From Candidatus Tenebribacter mawsonii (lineage in GTDB: Bacteria; Cloacimonadota; Cloacimonadia; Cloacimonadales; TCS61), in the NCBI GenBank assembly GCA_030765665.1, contig JAVCCD010000120.1:1-32139 (forward strand): a DNA stretch of 32,139 nt, read 5' to 3'. The notes under the pieces are model-generated. The model was not told where the DNA came from. It made no database searches and was given only the letters and a program-made list of their open reading frames with translations. Made by a program: the position numbers and the translations under genes. The number at the start of each line of letters is the position of its first letter. The stretch's first letter is position 1. Below, piece after piece: positions 25,618 to 32,139 of this stretch.

Positions 25618-27000
25618 ATGTTAAATAAGAACATCATAGAGAAAGTGATAGATAGAGCACTTTCAAATGGTGCAGATTTTGCTGAGTTGTTTGTAGAGAA
25701 CACATTTAATTCAACTATTGCATTTAATGACGGTAAAACTAAGCAAAATGTTGTTGGAAATGATTACGGTGCAGGAGTGAGAGTATTTTATGGTCATACT
25801 GCGATCTATGCCTATACAAATGATCTAAGTGAAGAAGCTCTTCTCAATGCCGCTGATGCTGTTAGCAAGGCGGCAAAAGGTGGAAACATCATCGCATCTA
25901 TTGATCTCACAAAGAAAGAAATGGAAAATATACATCCTATTGAGATTCCAAATAATACAATTACTAAAAAAGATAAAATTGATTTCATAAAAAAAGTAAA
26001 TGAAGCATCTCGAGGATATAGTGATCAAATTAGTCAAGTTGACATCAGATTCATGGAGAAAATTCAGCATGTAATGATTGCCAACAGTGAAGGTTTACAA
26101 GTTGAAGATGATAGAAATTACTCCAGAGTATATGTATCTTCTATTGCTTCAAATGGAACGGAGAAACAGGTTGGAGGAGAAGGACCTGGCAGATTTGCAG
26201 GATATGAATTCTTCAATAGTATAAATCCCACTGAACTTGGTATGGAAACTGCAAGAGTTGCAGTTACAATGCTTAATGCAGATTATGCACCAAGCGGGAA
26301 ATTCCCCGTTGTAATTGATAATGGTTTTGGTGGAGTTATTTTCCATGAAGCGTGTGGACACTCTTTAGAAACAACAGCAGTAGCAAAAGGAGCTTCTGTA
26401 TTTGCAGGGAAAATGGGTGAGAAGATAGCATTTGATGGACTTACAGCAATTGATGACGGAACAATGCCAAATGAGTGGGGAAGTGAGAACATTGATGATG
26501 AGGGTATGCAGACAAAGAGAACAATGTTGATAGAAAATGGTATTCTAAAATCTTATATGGTTGACAAAATGGGAAGCATAAAAACAGGATTTGCTAGAAC
26601 TGGAAGCGGTAGAAGACAATCTTATAAATTTGCTCCTGCAAGTCGTATGAGAAATACATATATAGCCAACGGAAATGATAACTTTGATGAGATGATAGCT
26701 TCTATTGATGAAGGAATTTATGCAGCTAAAATGGGTGGTGGATCTGTAAGCCCTGGTACTGGTGATTTCAATTTTTCAGTTGGAGAAGGATATATGATAA
26801 GAAATGGAAAAATTGCCGAACCTGTTCGTGGTGCAACACTTATTGGAAATGGTGCAGATGCTTTATTAAAAATAAGTATGATCTCAAATAATATGGCGAT
26901 GGCTCAGGGGATGTGCGGTTCTGTAAGCGGTAGTATTCCTACAAATGTGGGTCAACCAGCAATTAAGATCGACGAGATAATCGTCGGTGGAAGAAATTAA
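25618..27000 (+). CDS. tldD: Metalloprotease TldD
   Basis: HEACGH (H-E-x-x-x-H) motif in GGVIFHEACGHSLE, a TldD-type length and C-terminus, and SD AGGAGG. Confidence 0.93.
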   Translation: MLNKNIIEKVIDRALSNGADFAELFVENTFNSTIAFNDGKTKQNVVGNDYGAGVRVFYGHTAIYAYTNDLSEEALLNAADAVSKAAKGGNIIASIDLTKKEMENIHPIEIPNNTITKKDKIDFIKKVNEASRGYSDQISQVDIRFMEKIQHVMIANSEGLQVEDDRNYSRVYVSSIASNGTEKQVGGEGPGRFAGYEFFNSINPTELGMETARVAVTMLNADYAPSGKFPVVIDNGFGGVIFHEACGHSLETTAVAKGASVFAGKMGEKIAFDGLTAIDDGTMPNEWGSENIDDEGMQTKRTMLIENGILKSYMVDKMGSIKTGFARTGSGRRQSYKFAPASRMRNTYIANGNDNFDEMIASIDEGIYAAKMGGGSVSPGTGDFNFSVGEGYMIRNGKIAEPVRGATLIGNGADALLKISMISNNMAMAQGMCGSVSGSIPTNVGQPAIKIDEIIVGGRN

Positions 27001-27014
27001 GAGGAGGAGCAGAC

Positions 27015-28346
27015 ATGTATACAAAAGAATTCCAAACAATTTTTGCCTATGCAAAAGATAAAGTAGACGAAACAGAAATTCTGCTCTCGGCAGGTAACTC
27101 ATTTTCTGTTAAAATAAATGAGCAAAATGTAGAATCTTTTAATTATGCAGATTCAAAAGGTATTGGAGTACGTGTTATTAAAAGTGGAAAAGTAGGTTAT
27201 GCTTACACAGAAAAATTTGATGAAGAAACATTTAAGCACATTGTTGATGAAGCTATTGAAAATGCAAAATACACTGAAAATGATGATATTGTAAAAATGG
27301 ATAATTATCAAAAAAATACTGATAGCCCTAATGTGTATTCCAAAGAATTAGATAAAGTTGACGTGACAGATAAAATTCAACTTGCTAAAGATTTAGAGAA
27401 ATATGCCAAAGAAGCTGATAAACGCGTGTTTAATGTCCCTTATGCTGTTTATGCTGATGGTAAAAATTACAGTAGAATTGCTAATAGCCAAGGTTTAGAT
27501 AAAGAAGATACACAGAATTATGCTTATGCTTATGTCGGTGTGTTATCAGCAGAAGATGATGATAAAAGAATGGGTATTGATTTTCATATAACGAGAGATT
27601 TTTGTGAATTTGATCCTTTGAAAATGGCAACTGTAAGTGTGAAAAAAAGTACGGATCTTCTTAATGGGAAACCAGCTGAAACAGGAAAACATGCTGTCGT
27701 TTTCAATAGTGAAATGATGGCTACAATGCTTGCAACTTTTTCAGGTATATTCAATGCAAAATCAATTCAAGAAGGAAGATCCCTTCTTAAAGGTAAGATA
27801 GGACAAAAGGTTGCAAACGAAAAAGTTAGTATTGTCGATGATGGTTTACATCCAAACGGTTTTTCAACTTCAGCTTTTGATAGTGAAGGATATCCTACAG
27901 AAAAAACGGTACTAATTGAAAATGGTGTTTTAAAATCATATCTTCATAACACAATCACAGCTAGAAAAGATGGAGCTAAATCTACAGGTAATGGATCTCG
28001 TGGATACAAAGGAACACTTGGGATTAGTACATCAAATTTCCTTATTGAAGCAGGTGAACATAAAGAAACTGATCTGTTCACAAAACATGCTAAGATTATT
28101 GAGATAGTTAGCTTACAGGGAATGCATTCAGGTGCTAATGCGATTTCCGGAGATTTTTCACTTGGTGCTCAAGGCTTCTTATGGAAAAATGGTAAACGTA
28201 TGCATTCTTTAAAACCTTTCACAGTAAGTGGGAACTTCCTGCAAATGTTAAGCGGTGTAGAGGCTATTGCTGATAATTTTAAATTTGATATGAGCAGTAA
28301 TGGAGCTTCTTCAGTTTTAATAAAGGAACTTAACATTAGTGGTTAA
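27015..28346 (+). CDS. pmbA: TldD partner protein PmbA/TldE
   Basis: PmbA_TldD-fold paralogue lacking the HExxxH motif, immediately downstream of tldD. SD GAGGAGGAG. Confidence 0.9.
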   Translation: MYTKEFQTIFAYAKDKVDETEILLSAGNSFSVKINEQNVESFNYADSKGIGVRVIKSGKVGYAYTEKFDEETFKHIVDEAIENAKYTENDDIVKMDNYQKNTDSPNVYSKELDKVDVTDKIQLAKDLEKYAKEADKRVFNVPYAVYADGKNYSRIANSQGLDKEDTQNYAYAYVGVLSAEDDDKRMGIDFHITRDFCEFDPLKMATVSVKKSTDLLNGKPAETGKHAVVFNSEMMATMLATFSGIFNAKSIQEGRSLLKGKIGQKVANEKVSIVDDGLHPNGFSTSAFDSEGYPTEKTVLIENGVLKSYLHNTITARKDGAKSTGNGSRGYKGTLGISTSNFLIEAGEHKETDLFTKHAKIIEIVSLQGMHSGANAISGDFSLGAQGFLWKNGKRMHSLKPFTVSGNFLQMLSGVEAIADNFKFDMSSNGASSVLIKELNISG

Positions 28347-28365
28347 ATTAACATAGATATATAAG

Positions 28366-28396
28366 AAGGGTGGATAATTTTCCACCCTTTTTTTAT
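28366..28396 (+). terminator. Rho-independent terminator after pmbA
   Basis: AAGGGTGGA-taattt-TCCACCCTT perfect 9-bp stem followed by a T-run, 20 nt after the stop. Confidence 0.8.
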
Positions 28397-28398
28397 AT

Positions 28399-28404
28399 TT
28401 GACA
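28399..28404 (+). promoter_or_regulatory. -35-like TTGACA upstream of the LolA-like gene
   Basis: Perfect TTGACA 45 nt upstream of the ATG at 28450, directly after the terminator. The -10 is unclear (ATTTTC at 17-nt spacing, TACAAT at 13 nt). Confidence 0.3.
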
Positions 28405-28449
28405 AGAAATACAATCTTACAATTTTCAAAATCAAGGAGTTAATATAAA

Positions 28450-29154
28450 ATGAAATTATTAAAAATAATTTGTTTATTATTCTTAATTCACGCTTCATTG
28501 TTTTCAGAGGAATTTGAAGAATTCAAACTCGGTGAGAAGCAACAATTCGAGGGCAATAAAATATTTGATGAAATGGTGCTAAAACTTGGAAATGTAGCTC
28601 AAATAAAGACAATAAGAACTATCTGTATAGTAAATCAACCATTGGATTACGGCACATTATCATTCCCAGTGCAAGTTGAAGTGAAATTTCCTGGAAATCT
28701 ACATATCAAGTTCGAAGATAAGGAATTCATTATTGAAAACAATAGTGGATGGCAAAAATATCAAAAAGGCTATTATGAAAATTTACCTGAAAAATATATA
28801 TCAACAATTAGTGGAAATTTGGATAGAAATTTGATTCAGATAGCTAAAAGCAAAGCAGATTACGTGATTAAGCTTGTTGGTAAAGAAACAATTTTGGAGA
28901 GAGAATGCTATGTATTAGAACTAATAAGAGATGATTCAATTATCAACATTTATATTGATATCCAAAAATATCTACCTATTCAAATGATTTATTTTATAGA
29001 TTCGAGGCAAGTAAAAAGAACTTATCTTGAATATAAATTAGTGAACGGTATAAATTACCCAGTTCACATAATATCAACTGATATTGATGGAAATTTGATA
29101 AGTGAGATAAAAATAGAAAAAGTAGAATTTAATATTAAGCTAAATTCAGATTAA
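28450..29154 (+). CDS. Secreted hypothetical protein, LolA-like / outer-membrane lipoprotein-sorting-like fold suspected
   Basis: Signal peptide and SD AAGGAG. The C-terminal pattern ..ECYVLELI..IYID..YLPIQMIYF..YLEYKLVNGINYP.. resembles LolA-like proteins. Recognised by pattern only. Confidence 0.45.
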   Translation: MKLLKIICLLFLIHASLFSEEFEEFKLGEKQQFEGNKIFDEMVLKLGNVAQIKTIRTICIVNQPLDYGTLSFPVQVEVKFPGNLHIKFEDKEFIIENNSGWQKYQKGYYENLPEKYISTISGNLDRNLIQIAKSKADYVIKLVGKETILERECYVLELIRDDSIINIYIDIQKYLPIQMIYFIDSRQVKRTYLEYKLVNGINYPVHIISTDIDGNLISEIKIEKVEFNIKLNSD

Positions 29155-29202
29155 AAAAAGGATACCTGTTAAACAGTTACCCTTTAATAATTTATCAATT
29201 GT

Positions 29203-30129
29203 TTATTTCAAAATACCAATAGTAAAAATCACTGCTTGATCATTAAAGTCATTCGCAATAATAGCGTAATCAATATTTACTATTATCTGGAAATTATAAG
29301 TTCGGAAAGCCCTGATCCCAGCATTTGCAATAAATTCAAATCCATCTCCACGTTTACCGCTTTCATCGTGTAGAACCCAATGAAATCCAAATGCACCACC
29401 AACGTAAGGGCAAAAATCAGTCTTTGTAAAAAGATATGATGCATAAATATTTGCTGCAAAACCAAAACGTGCAGCTGTTTGCAAGCCCACGGCTACATTT
29501 TTTACTTCATAACCAGAACGAAAGTCTGCAGTGAATGACCTTTGATCTACTTCTTCGTATCCATTTTGAGGATAAAGATACCCAAAAGATAAACCCCAGA
29601 ATTGTCGCGCATTTCTGCGTTTTGGAATATCGTCTTCCATTTCCATTATAGCACCGACCTCTACAGTTTGTTCTAATGGTTTTTGCTCAATAACACTCAT
29701 TGCAATACGTTTCATTACTATTTCAAGATCTTCTACATTTTTTGAAGTTGTGTTATCAACGATAATTGATCTCTCACTATTAACATCTACAAGATTATAT
29801 TGAACCACTATTTTATCACCTAATTTACTTAAACTTGTAATTAGAACCAGGTCAGAATTTGTTTCTTTACCAATAATAACAGAACACATTACTTCAGTAC
29901 AAGGTTCATCCCCAAGGATGGCCATTACATCTTTTTGTGGGGTTATTACTATAGGGCTAAGTTTTTGTAATTCATTCTTTAAAATACTCTCTGAAGTCTG
30001 TATAGAAATCTCATCGATTCCTAAAGAATAAAAAGGTAAAACTGCAATAGTTTTTGCTACTAAGTTACCTAACTTTGGTATTGTAAGGATGATAATTGTA
30101 AACGATATTACTAGTAATAATCTTTTCAT
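29203..30129 (-). CDS. Envelope protein: TolB_N/LpoB/FlgO-like N-terminal domain fused to a predicted small beta-barrel
   Basis: Signal/anchor, then TIAVLPFYSLG..IGKETNSDLVLITSLSKLGDKIVVQYNLVDVNSERSI (the IAVLPF-type domain). The C-terminal ~140 aa is Gly/aromatic-rich with alternating hydrophobicity (FWGLSFGYLY..FGFAANIYASYLF..YVGGAFGFHWV..). Confidence 0.5.
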   Translation of the reverse strand: MKRLLLVISFTIIILTIPKLGNLVAKTIAVLPFYSLGIDEISIQTSESILKNELQKLSPIVITPQKDVMAILGDEPCTEVMCSVIIGKETNSDLVLITSLSKLGDKIVVQYNLVDVNSERSIIVDNTTSKNVEDLEIVMKRIAMSVIEQKPLEQTVEVGAIMEMEDDIPKRRNARQFWGLSFGYLYPQNGYEEVDQRSFTADFRSGYEVKNVAVGLQTAARFGFAANIYASYLFTKTDFCPYVGGAFGFHWVLHDESGKRGDGFEFIANAGIRAFRTYNFQIIVNIDYAIIANDFNDQAVIFTIGILK

Positions 30130-30163
30130 AAATATCTCTTAAAAAACTAGTTAAACATACTTT

Positions 30164-32065
30164 TTATTTTTTGCAAATTAAGTCAATTCTTTTTACAATT
30201 GAATCCACATCTAATTTGCAATGTTTAAATACATCATCACTATTACCAGAAAGTGCGTAATCCTCAACACCGAATTTAACAAATTTACATCGTAAGCCCA
30301 TCTGCATCATTTTATCCGCAATACTATTCCCAATACCTGTATTAACATTATGATCTTCATAAGTAAAAACTGTACCTGTTTTTGCAGCTTGTTTCAAAGC
30401 TTCTTCATCCAGATCATCTGGACATGAAATATTCCATACTTGAAGAGAAATATCTAAACTTTTTAATTTTTTGGCAGCCATAAGCGCTCTTCCCGTTAGG
30501 GTTCCCATTACAAAAAGTGCAGCAGTATTTCCGTCTGTTAGCTTATCTGCTTTTCCATATTCAAATTTGTAATCAGTTCCAAAGAATAACTGGCCATTTT
30601 CATTTTTTATTAATTCAAGTTTAGATCGTCCCATTGGAATTAGGAAATTTCCATATTTACCTGTAATATAACGAATTACCCTGTCAGTTTGGTTTGGATC
30701 TGCAGGAATAATTGTTTTAAAATTATAGAGATTTTTCATTAAACCAAAATAATCGATACATTGATGGGTCTTCCCATCTTCACCCACATCCAAGCCAACG
30801 TGAGTTGTAATTATCTTTAAGTTAGTTTCATTAATATCGCTTAATCTATGTTGGTTGTATGTTTCATCAACTCCGAAAACGCCGAAATCTGGAAAAAAAA
30901 CTTGTAATCTCTCTTTAGACATAGCAGCGCCAACAACAGCTGTATTGTGTTCCATGATCCCACTTTGTATGAAATTCTGTGGCAATACAGCTTCAAATTC
31001 TTTAGTTTTTACACTACCTTGCAGATCGCAATCTAAAACAACTATTGGTGCATTTTTATTTATCGAAGCGATATCAGCGATAGCATTACCCCAGGCAGAA
31101 CGATTATCCGTTTTATCTTCATAAATTATTGGGTTACCCAAATCGAGATCGAAATCTAAATTTTTGAGTTTTCTATGTTGTAAATTTGTTGCGTCAAAGC
31201 TACGTCTCAAGTCTTTATACTTCTCAATATCATTTTCTAATCCAAGCTCTTTAAGGGCTTCCGCAAGTTGTTCCTCCGAAAGGGGGGACCCGTGATATTT
31301 TTCTTTATTTTCCATGAATGAAATGCCTTTACCCATAGAAGTGTGTCCAATTATTACTGTTGGTTTTTCATTTTGGACAGCATCTAAGATTGAATCTCTA
31401 ATTTCAACCAGATCATGACCATCAATTTCAATAACATCCCAGCCATCAGATAGATAGTTTTCTAAAATATATTGGGGCATAACTTTATTTATATCACCAC
31501 AGATCTGTAGTTGATTGTAATCGACGAATGCAGTTATGTTTAGATTATATTTCACTGCGAATCTGCGTGCTTCACCCAATTGTCCTTTCTGCTGTTCACC
31601 ATCTCCCATCAGAACAAAAGTATGACTATCAATATTTTTTATCTTATTCGCCAAGGCAAACCCGCAACCAGCAGAAAGTCCCTGACCCAAATTTCCACTT
31701 GCCCATTCAATTCCTGGAACATCCGGTTCAACATGACCCTCAAAAATACTTCCGGCTAATCGGAATTGTGAAATTGCATCTTCAATATTGAAGAATCCAC
31801 AGGAGGCAAGTGTAGAATATGCTGCTGGTGAAGTGTGACCATGGCTAATGATAACACGATCACGTGAGTCCATTTTTGGATTTAAGGGATCTATATTAAT
31901 CATTTTATATAATGTTAACATAAAATCAATAGTAGACATGGAGCCACCTGGATGTCCTGACTTTGCAAGTGACGTCATTTTGATAATAGAACCTCGTGCT
32001 TCATTTGCTAATATTTGGATCTCTTTCAGCTGCTTAATTGAGAGTTGAGCTTTTTCAATAATCAT
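30164..32065 (-). CDS. tkt: Transketolase
   Basis: SGHPGGSMS, the TPP-binding FVLMGDGEQQKGQ and GPTHQ-like EDGKTHQ motifs. At 633 aa it covers the N-terminal, pyrimidine-binding and C-terminal domains. Confidence 0.93.
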   Translation of the reverse strand: MIIEKAQLSIKQLKEIQILANEARGSIIKMTSLAKSGHPGGSMSTIDFMLTLYKMINIDPLNPKMDSRDRVIISHGHTSPAAYSTLASCGFFNIEDAISQFRLAGSIFEGHVEPDVPGIEWASGNLGQGLSAGCGFALANKIKNIDSHTFVLMGDGEQQKGQLGEARRFAVKYNLNITAFVDYNQLQICGDINKVMPQYILENYLSDGWDVIEIDGHDLVEIRDSILDAVQNEKPTVIIGHTSMGKGISFMENKEKYHGSPLSEEQLAEALKELGLENDIEKYKDLRRSFDATNLQHRKLKNLDFDLDLGNPIIYEDKTDNRSAWGNAIADIASINKNAPIVVLDCDLQGSVKTKEFEAVLPQNFIQSGIMEHNTAVVGAAMSKERLQVFFPDFGVFGVDETYNQHRLSDINETNLKIITTHVGLDVGEDGKTHQCIDYFGLMKNLYNFKTIIPADPNQTDRVIRYITGKYGNFLIPMGRSKLELIKNENGQLFFGTDYKFEYGKADKLTDGNTAALFVMGTLTGRALMAAKKLKSLDISLQVWNISCPDDLDEEALKQAAKTGTVFTYEDHNVNTGIGNSIADKMMQMGLRCKFVKFGVEDYALSGNSDDVFKHCKLDVDSIVKRIDLICKK

Positions 32066-32139
32066 GTTTCCTCCAATTAAAGTTTATAGTAACTTTTATT
32101 TTTTTTAATTAATCGTAAAGAAATAAATCAAAAAAAAAC

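Noticed and set aside
25430-28449. tldD-pmbA as a possible microcin/RiPP-processing locus with a nearby precursor peptide.
   Set aside because: The flanking intergenic DNA (25430-25617, 28347-28449) contains no SD-preceded small ORF with a Gly/Ser/Cys-rich core. tldD/pmbA are widespread housekeeping protease genes.
1-32139. Scan for defence islands, mobile elements, CRISPR arrays, rRNA and tRNA genes.
   Set aside because: I saw no nuclease, helicase, methylase, integrase or transposase motifs, no direct-repeat/spacer periodicity, and no rRNA- or tRNA-like segments. Composition looks uniform across the window, so there is no obvious horizontally acquired island.

Overview
AT-rich (about one-third G+C by eye), densely coding bacterial chromosomal segment that uses Shine-Dalgarno sites. 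I recognised no rRNA, tRNA, CRISPR array, transposase, integrase or known defence gene. All family calls come from reading motifs in the supplied translations, not from searches. Left edge: the 3' part of a 2-oxoacid:ferredoxin oxidoreductase operon (alpha-beta-gamma), a good terminator, then a three-lipoprotein cassette (LpoB-like, COG3014-like, LPP20-like). A 493-bp gap between convergent genes (4922-5414) holds an array of perfect hairpins sharing a GTTCAA/TTGAAC core, plus a small SD-preceded hydrophobic ORF that looks like a decayed gene start. From 25429 down to 5415 about 20 kb is one unbroken minus-strand array: der, plsY, purF, rfaE2, rseC-like, folB, folK, a GlmU N-domain-only gene, HIT, LytR_C, rsfS, argS and a yfcE-like gene. 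This runs directly into a ten-gene MoxR / DUF58 / VWA 'Bat' (aerotolerance-type) envelope operon. Right side: tldD-pmbA, a LolA-like secreted protein, a TolB_N/LpoB-like domain fused to a predicted beta-barrel, and transketolase. The best candidate for something undescribed is the expanded Bat operon. A DUF4140/DUF4139 (MuiA-like) secreted coiled-coil protein sits between batA and batB, and an M23 peptidase is appended after batE. Other points worth a second look are the hairpin array and relic ORF, the lipoprotein triad, and an ArgRS whose HIGH signature reads NIVS. Most of the window is ordinary housekeeping.
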